DNA of 64,000 nt from Lepidodermella squamata (lineage: Eukaryota > Animalia > Gastrotricha), in the NCBI GenBank assembly GCA_047495785.1, contig JBLDXI010000042.1:2170001-2234000 (forward strand), read 5' to 3'. The first letter of the stretch is position 1. Every line of letters starts with the position of its first letter. Shown here in pieces: positions 12,695 through 27,031 of this stretch. The notes under the pieces were generated by a model that saw nothing but the letters and a program-made list of their open reading frames with translations, did no database searches and had not been told where the DNA came from. The translations under genes were made by a program, and so were the position numbers.

Positions 12695-15556
12695 ATGCTA
12701 GCAAAACTTGCTGCCTTTTTAGCAGGCATAACCGCTTGCACAGCCGAGGCTACAGAAACCTGCCGCTGGAACTCCACTGCCTCGGGTATTGCAGCACAAA
12801 GCATCAATACATACATGAATCGGAAGAGTTTTTCGCCGACCCTTAACACAAATTTCGACCTGGGAACAACTATTTCAGTGACCTGCAACGCCAGTGTATC
12901 TGCTTGTTCTACAAAATGCTTGGACAGTGGCTGGTGGACTAAAAGCATCAGCAGCTGCACAGACTTTAGTAAATTCGTTTGTGTTCGACATTTCGATTTA
13001 AAATTAGGACTTGATAGATTCCATCCAAGAAATGAGCAATCAAACATGCGATTGGCCAGTAGCACTGATAGCTGATCACAAGTACAAAATCAGCGTAGAC
13101 GACGAAGCAACTTGGACTGACGCTTCATCTTTAAAAGCTGTGGTACAAAATGCGATCGTCAGAGATTTCTGCGCGTGTGGAGCTTACCTTCAATCGACCT
13201 GTCTCAACGGCAAATTTCTGCCAGATCCCACTAGTTTTGATTGTGGCGAACCTGGGGATAAACCTCCCTCGAAGCTAACAGCTTTTTGGCCGTTGAATAA
13301 AGACACATTGCTAAGAGCGGTTACTGAAGGCACACCAAGTTTCTCGGCCATGGATGGAGCAGCTTTAACCACTATTACATCAGTGAGCTTTTTGGAATTT
13401 GGGTATAAGCTAGGTGGATCTAATGGCGGCTGGTTACTAAGTGAAGGGAAAGTCACACAAATCTTTGGTCCGGCTTGGTCTATTGCAGTGCTAGCTAGGG
13501 GCGACTTTCGTGGCCATCTGGTCACGATGTCATCTGGGGACCTTTCTTACGAAGTATCAGTTGTCAATGCTCTCGTAAAAGTCAACCTACCAGGCAGACT
13601 CTCTTCTATGAACAATGCAGACTTCGGGAATCACAACAGCTGGTTGCTGTTTTTGGTTGGTCATGATGCGATAACTGCCAAGGTGGTACTTTCCGCCGCC
13701 GGAGGAACAGTGAAATACAATTCCGGAATGAAACAAGGCGGAAACGGGACAACTCCTACATCTGGAGTTGAAATCAGCCTGGGCAAAGCGTTAGTAGCAA
13801 AACCATATGTATAACGAGGGATAATGACTTTATTTCAGATCCAACACCTCCGGGGCAATTTCTTGCCTCATGATGTTCAATTTTTTCTACTCCGATTTAG
13901 ATTCAGCTGACATTCTCGCTCGGCAGTGCATAGCAAGTTAGATAAATGAATCGTTCCGAATTTTCGCTTTCAACATGATCTAAAACCTAAGCCATGTTGT
14001 CCCCGGACTCGTCGAAACCTAACTCTTGCCAGGCCTGCAATTGGAATTACGACAGCAATTTGTCGATGAACATTGCAAACTTCCGTAAGTCCAGAAAGAA
14101 TCTGAGTATATTTCTTGTTTCTACCCTAATTATAGACAAATTTTCCCGCCGAGGGGCGGCGACTCTAACGAAGAACGGCATGACAATCCGATTGGCCGCA
14201 ATGGGCCAGCAGGGCGTAGTGTGGTCTCCTTTAGTGAGTTTTATCATCGATATCTGAAAAAACTTGGGCGAATAACCGACAAATTTACCCTTTATCCAGA
14301 CTTTTAGGGCTTCGATCGATTTCCGCGCTGAGTTCCAAGTATCAATTGACCCAGCCAATGTTGATTTGGAACTGTGGTTTGTAGCAAGCCCAACCTCAAT
14401 CGATTTGACAAAAGGCTCGAGTGAAAACCGGGCCTTCAACCTAAAAATGGACTCATTTGCTGGGATGTTTCTTCGCCGATCAAAAACTGGTCGTTACGAA
14501 ATTCAATACTCGGCCAAGCGTATCGCCAATATGATACTGGCAGCCAATGTGACAAAATCCTGTAATCCACAGGGGGTTATTCTAGAAAAAGTTGGGACGA
14601 ATCTAACCGTGTTCTGTCAGGACGCCAGCTCCATAGCATTTGTAGTTACAGCAGATATCAGCCCATTCAATTCGATAGCGGACGATATAGTCATGGGCAT
14701 TTACGCCCAGTATCAGATACATGCACTTCCTATCACGACACAGGTCTATTTGCATCAGATCAAGTTTCATACCAACAGCCTTGTTACTACCACTTCAACG
14801 AGTACAGCAACTACCACTACTCGCTCTGACAGTATTTTTGTTGCTTCTAGCACCACTCAATCATCCACATCCACATCTTCTGCTGCTTCACCCACTACAA
14901 CTACTGCATCGACTTCAACGGCGTCTTTTACGCGAGATATCTCTTCGACCACAACCGCTGATGTGAAGGCCTCTGAGACGTTTTACACATAGAAGCCAGC
15001 GATGAATATGAGTATTATTGGCGATTTAATCGAAATTCCGAATGCTAACCTCACAATTTCATCCCAGCCTTGGGATACGAGCTTAGATCAACCTGGCTCT
15101 CCCAATTTCACCGCTTTAGCCGACTTCATGCTGCCAGCCATTCGACAGCAGGCTGATAAGACCTGTGAACTGTTGAATTGCGAGGTTCTTTCAGTGAATA
15201 TCACTGGTTTCCGCAAGGGCAGCATCATTTCGGATTACATTGTAGCCTTGAGGAGCTTGACGCAGCTTACCGAGAGCGAGATCGCGTTCAAAGTCGCCGT
15301 AGCAACTGAGAAGCTGAAAGAAGTAGTCACCGCGAAGCTCGCCAATGGGCTAGATTCCTCGCGATTGGGTGGGGTAGTCATTCGACAGATCGATGGGCCA
15401 TTACTTGTTACAGGCTCGGGCTTTACAAAACAACCCGTTGGTGGCGTTGTTGGATATGAACCGAAAAATCATGCGAATCCTGTCACGAAATCGCAGGCAT
15501 CGACAGGCATTCTCATTCTCTTCTCAACTATGGTCATTTCCATACGGACATTATAA
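12695..15556 (+). pseudogene. Paralog B1 with an in-frame TAG (14990-14992) before the SEA domain
   Basis: Same exon layout as A1. TAC in A1/A2 (tacacatacaag) reads TAG here (tacacatagaag); the downstream SEA region stays open in the same frame. Confidence 0.75.
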
Positions 15557-15573
15557 AAACTCTAAACACTTTT

Positions 15574-17697
15574 CACTGTTAATATAGTAACGCCTTGAAA
15601 AAGCCCTGGCGTTACTATTTTGTGTTTCACTGACAATATACACAAAATAGTAACGCCTGGCGTTCCTAAATATTTCTGTAACGCCTTGAGCAAATTTTCT
15701 GTAAAATGAGTAACGCTTTCGTTTTGCGAAATAATTCGTAACGCGTTATTCTTTTTGAAATGGGACGAATTTTTAATCTTTGAATTTAGTAACGCCTGTG
15801 AGAAAATTAGCAACGCGTTACGCATTTCCTCTACGCTTCGAGCGATGCTATTTAAATTAGCTACGCGTTACCCATTTCATGCGAAAATCCATTAAATTGT
15901 CTACGCGTTATTCAATATTCATTCAAATCAAAAAAAATTTCAACAACGTCTTTTTATTTTGAAACACCAGTCTTAAAACATCGTATAAAGCGAAAATTAC
16001 AAAAAAAACCAAGAAGTCACCAGCTGTCAAAGTGCAGCGTTACCCAGGTATCTAGGCTCTCTGGCTCGGGCTGTACAGTGAAAACTTGAAAACTTCGTTA
16101 ATAAATACAATTTCAAGAAATATTATAAATTTTGAATAACTTTAAGTATACATTTTATGGGGGAAAATTTTTCGTAACGCCAGGTTTCGTAAACGAGTAA
16201 CTCCTGGATGTGAAAATAAGTAACGCCAGCCTGTAAAAACACGTAACGCCTGGTTCGAGAAAACCGCCCTCATTATTTTCAAAATAATAACGCCAGCTTG
16301 TAAAAACACGTAACGCCACAGGCTTTTAATAACGCCCTCATTTCTTTCAAAAACTAGTAACGCCAGGTGCAGGAAATAAAATAACACTGCTTGCCTTTAA
16401 TAAAAATAACGCCTAGACAGCATCATGTTTGTTCAAAAACAAAGAAATTTTAAAAAGTAACGCTTGTTGCGAAAATTAGTAACGCTTGCGGCGTTCTCTC
16501 TGACATCGATGCAGTTATTAGCGGTTAGGTTTTCAAATTTATTAGTAACGCTTCGGCTTGTGTGCCGGCATAAAGCCTGCAATTATAGTCAAAAAGGAGC
16601 CGCTAGTTGCAAGTCGCTCAACCGCCAACGCCAGTTATGGCCGCGCTGACTTCATTCAATTCAAATTTAATTCGAATAAAAGTCGCTGTAAATACATTCG
16701 CGAGGTTTGTTCAAGTAAATTTTTCACTATTTGACATATATATTAAATGAATTCTATTTCAATGCAGGGTCATAATTAATCAAACAAGGTATGAGTATTT
16801 TTATATGTTCATTCCGCGATATTATAACGCAGATGTCTTTGTTGTTTTTGTTGATTCTAGGCATTGGAGGTAAGAACTAATGTTAAAATTACTGCATTTA
16901 TTAAAACAGCGCTTCTAAGGTGAGTTAACACTGTAATAAAGCTATTCTGCATTTCTTCCTTCATATTTCCCTGTTGCACGTTTCTCTATCACAAATCACA
17001 ATGCACAAACTACGACTTTCTTGCGCTATCTTTTCGGTCCTCATAGCATGTTAGCGGCGTGAAATAACAGACAGCGGTAACATCGCGTCAAAAAGTTACC
17101 GCCGGATGTATTATGCGTCGCTGAGATCAACACAGAATAATAACACTGCAGTGGTGTTGTGCTTGATTCTTCTATGACACCGGGCAACGTAAAGGGTGCC
17201 ACGTCAATCTTCACATTGATTGACAATGTAAAGTTAAGTGTCTCGATTTAAACTTTAAACCGTAACGCCTTCATTGGAAATGAAGTAACGCCATGAGGAG
17301 AAAATAAGTAACGCTATGAAACGAAAAGAAGTAACGCCCTGAGGAGAAAATAAGTAACGCTATGGAACGAAAAGAAGTAACGCCCTGAGGAGAAAATAAG
17401 TAACGCTATGAAACGAAAAGAAGTAACGCCTGGAAAATAAAAAGTAACGCTATGAAACGAAAAGAGGTAACGCCTGGAAAATAAAAAGTAACGCTTTAGA
17501 GTGAAAATTCGTAGCGCCTTGAGTTAAATGAGTAACGCCATGGATTAGAGAAAAGTAACGCCTGGATGCTTAAATGAACAACGCGTAGCTATTTTTCATG
17601 TCTAAGCGTTACTTAATTTTAAATAGGCTACGCGTTACCGTAACAAAGAAATAACGCGTTACGCATTTATTTTTCAGGCGTTATTTTATTAACAGTG
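15574..17697. mobile_element. Non-autonomous CACTA/EnSpm-like DNA transposon with GTAACGC subterminal arrays
   Basis: Termini CACTGTTAAT...ATTAACAGTG, TT on both flanks, dozens of (A)GTAACGC motifs, and 23-24-bp tandem units at about 17280-17500. Confidence 0.7.
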
Positions 17698-17835
17698 TTC
17701 CCCTATATAGTTGTTTTTTGATTGAATTAGCGCAATAATTAATAAGAATCAATAAAAGACTTTATCACCATTCAAAGAGGGGATGATCAACTCAAAAATC
17801 CGACTGCCTGGCTTAATTATTCATTCTTTCCGAAT

Positions 17836-18260
17836 TTGGCGAGGAGAATTAAGGCGATTTTCGATCTGAGAGCTCAAGATGAAGATTCAAGTGAGCCGTT
17901 TCAAGTAAGCAAGTACGGAATTGGAGGTCACTACAATCCTCATTATGACTTCATCCATCCTCACCCGACTGGGAAATTCGGTGACAGATTTGCTACCTCG
18001 CTGATCTACCTCAATGAAGTTGAGCAAGGCGGAGCGACGATTGTCAGTCAGCTGAATCTACGAGTTGAGCCCGAGATGGGTGCTAGGCTGTTTTTGTAAA
18101 ACGTCCTGCCTGATGAAACGGTTGATCGTCGAACGTTGCATGGCGCGTGCCCTGTCATTCGAGGCGAGAAATGGGTCGTTCATAAATGGTTTCGATTCCG
18201 TCGCCAATGGCGCCACGAAATGTGTTCGAAGATTGCAGATAATTGACTATCATGCTGAGG
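17836..18260 (+). pseudogene. Second prolyl 4-hydroxylase alpha fragment with premature stop
   Basis: SEPFQVSKYGIGGHYNPHYD, YLNEVEQGGAT, TAA at 18097-18099, then TLHGACPVIRGEKWV. Confidence 0.85.
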
Positions 18261-18555
18261 TAACAAAGAGAGAAATCTTGAAATATTTCCAAGACGTGAT
18301 ACAGTTATCTCGTTTTTGTATCATCACTCGATAAATCGATAAATTACCTAATTCAGCTGCGGAAAACCGTGAAGGTAACGAATCAATTTGCACGATTTCT
18401 AGACTTCCCAGCGCTCAAATTCTCATCATCAAAGATTCCAAACGAAAGTCGCAAATAAAACCAGGAGCGTCTTAATTGGAAAAATAACGAGTTGTTTGCT
18501 GTCACGAACTGAGAATATCTTGTAGAAAATTGCATGTTTTTTTTGAAATTTCGAA

Positions 18556-21507
18556 ATGATAGCAAGACTTATTGTACTTTTAGCGGGGGTAGCCGCTTGC
18601 ACGGCCCAGGCTACAGAAACTTGCATGTGGAACTTGACCAACTCGAAAATAACCACATACAGCTTCAATACGTACATGAATCGGAAGAATTTCACGCCGA
18701 CCGCCTTCATTCCCTTCGACCTGGGAACAACTATTTCAGTGAGTTGCGACGCTGATTTGACTACTAGCTCGACAAAATGCTTGAACGGTGGGTGGTGGAC
18801 AAAAAGCATTAACAAGTGCTCAGATTTTAGTATGTAAATTCATTGAAGGTTTCGAAATTTTTCATTTAACATTATGAGCCTATAGATTCCGTCAACCAAA
18901 TGAGCAATCAAACGTGTGACTGGTCGGTTGCGCTGAAAGCCGATCACAAATACAAAATCAGCGTTGATAACGAAGCGACTTGGACTGACGCTTCATCCTT
19001 GAAAGCTATACGTGGAGATGCCATCGTTAGAGATTTTTGCCCGTCTGGAGCTTACATGCATTCCTCCTGTATCAATGGCAAATTTCTGCCAGATCCTACT
19101 AGTTTTGATTGCGGCGAACCTGGTGATAAACCTCCCTCGAAGCTAACAGCTTATTGGCCGCTGGCTAACGACACAATGCTAAGAGCAGTTACTCAAGGCA
19201 CACCTGGTTTCTCCGCCATGGATGGAGCAGCTTTAACAACTATAACATCAGGGAAATTATTGGAAACAGGGTATAAGTTGGGTGGATCGAATGGCGGATG
19301 GTTAAAAAATATAGAAAGCTTCACACAAATATCCGGACAGATCTGGTCGATTGCAGTGCTAGCGAGAGGCGTCTTCCGCGGCGATCTGGTGACGATCTCA
19401 TCTGGGAACGTTGTTAACAAAGTATCAGTTATCGATGGCACCGTGAACATCAACCTTCCAGGCAGAATCACTCCTGTCCAAGATAACAACTTCGGTAATT
19501 TGAACGGCTGGTTACTGTATTTGGTTGGCCATGATGCGAAACTAGCTAAGGTAGTACTCGCCGTTGGCGGGAGTGTGAAATTAAACTCTGGAATCATAAC
19601 TGCCGGAAATGGGACCGTTCCTAACACCGGGGCTGATATCACTCTAGGCGAAGCGTGAGTGGCAAATGCATATGTTCTTGCTAAAGTACTCAAAGTAATT
19701 ACGCCTTTTTAGATCCAATTCCTCTGGGGCAATTTCTTGCCTCATGATGTTCAATTTTTTCTATTCCGATTCGAATTCAGCTGACATACTCTTGAGGCAA
19801 TGTAAATCAGGTTACACCGAGATTTTTCGAAAGGTTCCGCTTTTCATTGCCTTTCTAACAGCCGTTTTGTCTCCTGATACATCGACACCTAACTCTTGCC
19901 AAACCTGCGCTTGGAATTACGACGAAAATATGTCAATGAACATTGCAAACTTCCGTAAGTTGAGGAAAGTTTGCTTTCTCCGATAAAAAGCTTCTGCTTT
20001 TAATGATAGACAAATTCTACCGCCGAGGGGCGGCGACGATAACGAGAAACGGCATGACGATTCGACTGGCTGCAATGGGCCAGCAAGGCGTAGTGTGGTC
20101 TCCTTTAGTAAGTATTGAAATCAAAGCTTTGAAATATCAATTTTCGGTCGTTAAACATTCAACAAATGTATTATCCAACCTAAACAAAATTTTATTCAGA
20201 CTTTTAAAGCATCGATTGATTTCCGCGCCGAATTCCATATTTCAATTGACATCGCCAATGTTGATTTCGAAATTTGGTTTGTCGCAGCTCCAACGTCAAT
20301 CGACCTTGCAATAGGGTCAAGTGAAAACCGGGCCTTCAACGTGAAGATGGACTCATTTGCCGGAATGTTCATCCGCCGATCAAAAACCGGTTATTACGAA
20401 ATTCAATACTCTGGCAAGCCTGCGCCTCTTGCTAACTTGGTACTGGCAACCAATGTGAGCAAATCCTGCTCGCTCCAGATGCTTATTCTGGAAAAAGTCG
20501 GGAATAATCTAACCGTGTTCTGTCAGGACTCCAGCTACGCCACATTTGTAGTTTCTGTAGATATAAGTACATTCAACTCGATATCTGACGATATAGTTAT
20601 GGGGGTTTACGCCCAGTATCAGATACATCAACTGGCTATCAAAACACAGGCCTATTTGCACCAAATCAAGTTCTACACCAACGGCCCTGTTAGCACTACT
20701 TCAACGAGTACCACTAGTACCACTAGTATGACTAATGCCACTACCTCTGATACTAGTACCGCTGCTACCACTGAATCTTCACCTTCCAGTACTACTTCGC
20801 CGATAATATCTGCATCTCCACCGATAACTTCATCACCTGACACTAATTCTGCAATGACAGCTACCACAACGATGCCCTTAACTCGAGATATCCCTATGAC
20901 AACTACCGCAACGATGATGACCTCTAAGACGCTCTACACATACAAGGCAGCGATGAATATGATTATTATCGGCGATGTGTTTAATATTCCGAATTTTAAC
21001 CTAACGATTTCCTCCCAGCCTTGGGATTCGAGCTTAGACAGACCTAGCTCCCCAAACTTCACCGCTCTAGCTGACTTCATGATGCCACTTCTTCGAAAGC
21101 AAGCTGATATTACCGGCGAACTATTGAGTTGTGAGGTACTTTGGGTGAATATCACCGGTTTCCGCAAGGGCAGCATCATTTCGGATTACATTGTGGCTTT
21201 GAGGAGTTTGACACAGCTAACTGAAAGCGAAATTGCCGCGAAAGTCGAAATGGCTACGGAGAAATTGAGGGAAACGGCTAATGCGAAGCTGGCAAACGGA
21301 CTCGAAGCATCACGATTAGGTGGAGTTTATATGAAAAAGATCGATGGACCTTTGCTCGCCACAAGATCCTCGATGGGCTCTACGAAACAACCCGTTGATA
21401 CAGACAATCCATCGCATCAAGCCAATCACGGCACGAAATTTCACAATTTGAATAGAATTCTACTTTTGATTTCATTTTCGACTATGCCTTTTGTGTTCAC
21501 TGATTAA
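18556..21507 (+). CDS. Surface glycoprotein paralog A2
   Basis: Close duplicate of A1; exons open. Confidence 0.8.
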
Positions 21508-22075
21508 TGGCGAATAAAAACTTTTCTATCAATATCTTTGGACTGGAAAAAAGGTTTAGGAAACTAATACCTGATCAAAATCGAATACAACAATATTACT
21601 CGATGAAGTTCATTCAAGTTCCGTCACACCAGGTGTGAAAATCACCATGTCCCGGTCTTCCTCCAGTTCTATCTTTAGGCGATAATGGTCCCGCGAAAAT
21701 ATCAGCTGTTCAGTGTACGAAGTAGAATCTCCGAACCAACGATGTTGATTGTACGCAATTATTAATTCAAGAGGAGCTTAAAGCTTTACAAACAAGCACC
21801 ATTTTTTGTTAACCACCAACCCGTCCGCACGACCACACCCAGCAAATAAAATAGTTGGACTTTGACACTGCAAATCGAACTTATAATGCTGCTGATACCT
21901 AACCCAATTATATCCAGTGATATACCTCTTTACATTTCATTAAATCACGTCTGAGATTTTCAAACTGACCTAACGAGTCGACTATACCAGAACGAAAAGT
22001 CTTTTTTTAGTAAATTAACGAGGCTTTCACTTTCGCCAATAAGTGTTCTCGGAGAAATTTTGATGAATTTTCGAA

Positions 22076-24893
22076 ATGCTAGCAAAACTTGCTGCCTTTT
22101 TAGCAGGCATAACCGCTTGCACAGCCGAGGCTACAGAAACCTGCCGCTGGAACTCCACAGCCTCGAGTATTGCAACTTCACGCATCAATACATTTATGAA
22201 TCGGAAGAGTTTTTCGCCGACCCTTACCACAAATTTCGACCTGGGAACAACTATTTCAGTGACCTGCAACGCCACTTTATCTGCTAGTTCGACAAAATGC
22301 TTGGACAGTGGCTGGTGGACTAAAAGCATCAGTAGCTGCTCAGACTTCAGTAAAATTCGTTTGTGTTGATCATTTTGGTATCAAATTAGGACTTGATAGA
22401 TTCCATCCAAGAAATGAGCAATCAAACATGCGATTGGCCAGTAGCACTGATAGCTGATCACAAGTACAAAATCAGCGTAGACGACGAAGCAACTTGGACT
22501 GACGCTTCATCTTTAAAAGCTGTGGTACAAAATGCGATCGTCAGAGATTTCTGCGCGTGTGGAGCTTACCTTCAATCGACCTGTCTCAACGGCAAATTTC
22601 TGCCAGATCCCACTAGTTTTGATTGTGGCGAACCTGGGGATAAACCTCCCTCGAAGCTAACAGCTTTTTGGCCGTTGAATAAAGACACATTGCTAAGAGC
22701 GGTTACTGAAGGCACACCAAGTTTCTCGGCCATGGATGGAGCAGCTTTAACCACTATTACATCAGTGAGCTTTTTGGAATTTGGGTATAAGCTAGGTGGA
22801 TCTAATGGCGGCTGGTTACTAAGTGAAGGGAAAGTCACACAAATCTTCGGTCCGGCTTGGTCTATTGCAGTGCTAGCTAGGGGCGACTTTCGTGGCCATC
22901 TGGTCACGATGTCATCTGGGGACCTTTCTTACGAAGTATCAGTTGTCAATGCTCTCGTAAAAGTCAACCTACCAGGCAGACTCTCTTCTATGAACAATGC
23001 AGACTTCGGGAATCACAACAGCTGGTTGCTGTTTTTGGTTGGTCATGATGCGATAACTGCCAAGGTGGTACTTTCCGCCGCCGGAGGAACAGTGAAATAC
23101 AATTCCGGAATGAAACAAGGCGGAAACGGGACAACTCCTACATCTGGAGTTGAAATCAGCCTGGGCAAAGCGTTAGTAGCAAAACCATATGTATAACGAG
23201 GGATAATGACTTTATTTCAGATCCAACACCTCCGGGGCAATTTCTTGCCTCATGATGTTCAATTTTTTCTACTCCGATTTAGATTCAGCTGACATTCTCG
23301 CTCGGCAGTGCATAGCAAGTTAGATAAATGAATCGTTCCGAATTTTCGCTTTCAAAATGATCTAAAACCTAAGCCATGTTGTCCCCTGACTCGTCAAAAC
23401 CTAACTCTTGCCAGGCCTGCAATTGGAATTACGACAACAATTTGTCGATGAACATTGCAAACTTCCGTAAGTCCAGAAAGAATCTGAGTATATTTCTTGT
23501 TTCTACCCTAATTATAGAGAAGTTTTACCGCCGAGGGGCGGCGACTCTAACGAAGAACGGCATGACAATCCGATTGGCTGCAACGGGCCAGCAGGGCGTA
23601 GTGTGGTCTCCTTTAGTGAGTTTTATCATCGATATCTGAAAAAACTTGGGCGAATAACCGACAAATTTACCCTTTATTCAGACTTTTAGGGCATCGATCG
23701 ATTTCCGCGCTGAGTTCCAAGTATCAATCGACCCCGCCAATGTTGATTTGGAATTGTGGTTTGTAGCAAGCCCAATCTCAATCGACTTGACTAAAGGCTC
23801 AAGTGAAAACCGGGCCTTCAGCCTAAAAATGGACTCGTTAGCTGGAATGTTAGTTCGCCGAACAAAATCTGGTCGTTACGAAATTCAATACTCGGCCGAG
23901 CCTTTGCCTCTTGCCAATATGATACTGGCAGCCAACGTGACAAAATCCTGTAACCCGCAGGGGGTTATTCTAGAAAAAGTTGGGACGAATCTAACCGTGT
24001 TCTGTCAGGACGCCAGCTCCATCGTATTTGTAGTTACAGCAGATATCAGCCCATTCAATTCGATAGCTGACGATATAGTCATGGGCATTTACGCCCAGTA
24101 TCAGATACATGCACTTCCTATCACGACACAGGTCTATTTACATCAGATCAAGTTTCATACCAACGGCCTTGTTACTACCACTACTACTACGAGTAACAAT
24201 GGTACCACTAGTAGCCCTAACAGTACTCTCGCTGCTTCTAGCACCGCTGCTAACGCTGAATCATCCACCTCTACTACAACGGCGTCCTTCACCCGAGATA
24301 TCTCTTCGACCAATACCGCTGCTATTAGGATTTACACCTACAACCTAGACATGAATATGACAATAACTGACGATTTCATCGAAATTCCGACTGCTAACCT
24401 CACGATTTCATCCCAGCCCTGGGATACGAGCTTGGACAGACCTGGTTCGCCTAATTTCACCATTTTAGCCGAATTCATGATGCCAGTCATTCGGCAGCAC
24501 GCTGACGAGTCTTGTGCACTGTTGAATTGCGAGGTTCTATGGGTGAAGATCACAGGTTTCCGCAAGGGTAGCATAATTGCTGACTACATTGTAGCCTTGA
24601 GGAGTTTGACGCAGCTGACCGAGAGCGAGATCGCAGCCAAAGTTGCGACGGCTATACGTAAACTAAAAGAAATAGTCAACGCGAAGCTGGCAATCGGACT
24701 GCAAGCATCGCGCTTGGGTGGTGTTGTGATTCGAGGGATTGATGGGCCATTACTTGTTACAGGATCGGATTCTACAAAACAACCCGATGATGGCGGTGTT
24801 AGAGCTGTACCTAAAAATCATGTGATTGCTGTCACGAAATCGCAAGACTTGAATGGCGTTCTTGTTCTGATCTCTTTGGTCATTTTCATGTAA
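22076..24893 (+). CDS. Surface glycoprotein paralog B2
   Basis: Duplicate of B1 with an open SEA domain and tail. Confidence 0.8.
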
Positions 24894-25013
24894 TCATATT
24901 ATAAACACCCAGTGAAAGTCCTTTCCCTCTATATTTCTTCTTTCGCTCGTATGTTAGCATTAGTTGTTCCAGAATAACTAATAAAAATCCGAATCTAAGA
25001 TTTGCTGTATGTT

Positions 25014-26211
25014 CAGACTATCGGTCTGGCCTTTGGAGTAAGACTAAGACCAGACCAAGGCCGGGTAAAATTTCGGTCTTCGGTCTGCTCAAGACCAGAG
25101 AAGAAATTTCGGCCTGTCTGGGTCTTGTGGTCTTGATTTTCTGTAATTTGATCGTCATCGCCAAATATATAAAAATGCCAAAATATGTCATTAATTTTTA
25201 TCTCTGCCGTCCAATATGACAATCCGAACACAAAAGTCAACACTGCCTACGAGTTTCTCCAGTGATTATTTTTTTTTAATTTCAATTTTCTGGAGTGATT
25301 CCTCCGAAGCTTGGATCTTGAATCATTTATAATTCAAATAAGATTTCAAATAATTTCAAATAATAATTTCAATTATTCAAATTATTCAATTCAATTCAGT
25401 TCAATTCAATAATAATTTCAAATAATTTCAAAACAAGCTTGCAAATAGCAGGATTAGAGAGGGCGCCTACAGAATCAAGATGCATGTTAGCAGTGAGGCG
25501 AGAGCGTTGTTTACCCAAGCCTGTGTTCATGTGGTGCCATAGAGCTAGTTTTAGTTTTAGCTTTCTTGAAACTAGCTCTATGTGTGGTGCTAAGCTGGCC
25601 CCTGGCTCGCATTTTTCTTATTCTCATGTAATTAGGTCACAAGCTGCCAATGTGATACTGAATATGCTAAATAACTCGGTTGGTCGGCCTCATCTCAGAA
25701 TAGAATGACTCTATAAATTACCACTAACACTTTTAACTCGCTCTAAGTTTTCCGAGGTACACCTAAATTTATTTTCAGTATTTTAGTTCAGGGCAGCAGC
25801 TGGCAGTTTCTCCCTACTTTTGATCAAGGGGGTGCTTTTACGTGTATATTCTAATTCAAAAGAATTATTTATCTTCCAGATAAAAAGCCTGAAAAAGGCC
25901 TGAAGCTCAAAAACGTATAATTCAAGTTAACTTGAAAAAATCCAAATTAAAAAATAGGAATAATTGGTCTATGCATCGCACTAGGGTAGTTTTCATGCAG
26001 AATTTGAATTTGAGATTAAAAATTTGTTTGCTCGCAAGCTAATAAATCCATAAATGGACTATAAAGCAATTTAATAAATTTCTTATGGTCTTTGGTCTTG
26101 GTCTTGGTTTTTAAGACCTGGCTACAATTTCGGTCTGGGTCTTGGTCTTACTCTAGGGTAAAAAGGTCTGGTCTGCCTAAGACCAGCAAAAAATGACAGA
26201 CCGATAGTCTG
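25014..26211. mobile_element. Non-autonomous hAT-like element
   Basis: 15-bp TIR CAGACTATCGGTCTG, 8-bp TSD TGTATGTT (25006-25013 and 26212-26219), AAGACC/GGTCTT subterminal repeats. Confidence 0.9.
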
Positions 26212-27031
26212 TGTATGTTACATCGCCGTAAATCATTGCTTTCACATTGCTCCGGAATCTGAGCTCTGAGAAACATTGCGTAAGTAATTCGTAAACTCAT
26301 TCGCTGAAATAGCTGCTCATTTCTCCCCTAATACTGATGGAATTCGCTACTCGGGCGTGGCACTCTTTCGACCATGATCCCGGAAAACAGTGCGCGAAGT
26401 AGGATCCTCGAACTAGGGGCATTTTCGGGACCCAGCTTTAGGACCAAACGATCCCCCTGTTGTGTTTTGGGAGTTTTCCACTTTGGCCTGCCGAACTGTG
26501 GGGTACGATACCCCTCATTCCCGCCTTCGCGCCCGCCGGCAAACTCGGTTTCCCACAAATTTTACAATTCAAAAATTCAAAAAAGACAGATGAAGCCTGA
26601 AGCCTAGATATAACATTGAAATTGAGTGAAATTTTATTGAAAAACACGAGCACTGGCGAGGATAAACCGTTGTGGTTGGCTCATTCAGGTTTCCATGCCT
26701 TCGCCTCCCTCAAAAAGCCGAAACACCGAGAACCAAGGACTGTGTTCTCTCTCTTTTCAAAAAGACTTGCTGTAACACGCAGATAATTTTCAGTCATTGT
26801 AAGCAAATAAAATTCTATCGTTTCAATTTAATTGCATCATGTACAAGCTTTTCCAGGGCTTCATGTGTCAATGTCTAAACTACTCAAAAAATAATTTCCT
26901 TAGTACGACATTTGAAGTCTTTGTATACCTCGCAATTTTGGTTTGAAGAATTAACAAGCTATTTACATTTGACAGCCAGCATTCTAAAAGAAATTCGGAA
27001 GACAATATTGCGTTACATTTTAGGAAACGAA

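Noticed and set aside
17280-17500. Regularly spaced short repeats resembling a CRISPR array
   Set aside because: The intervening sequences are themselves repeated, the context is eukaryotic and there are no cas genes; this is a transposon subterminal array.
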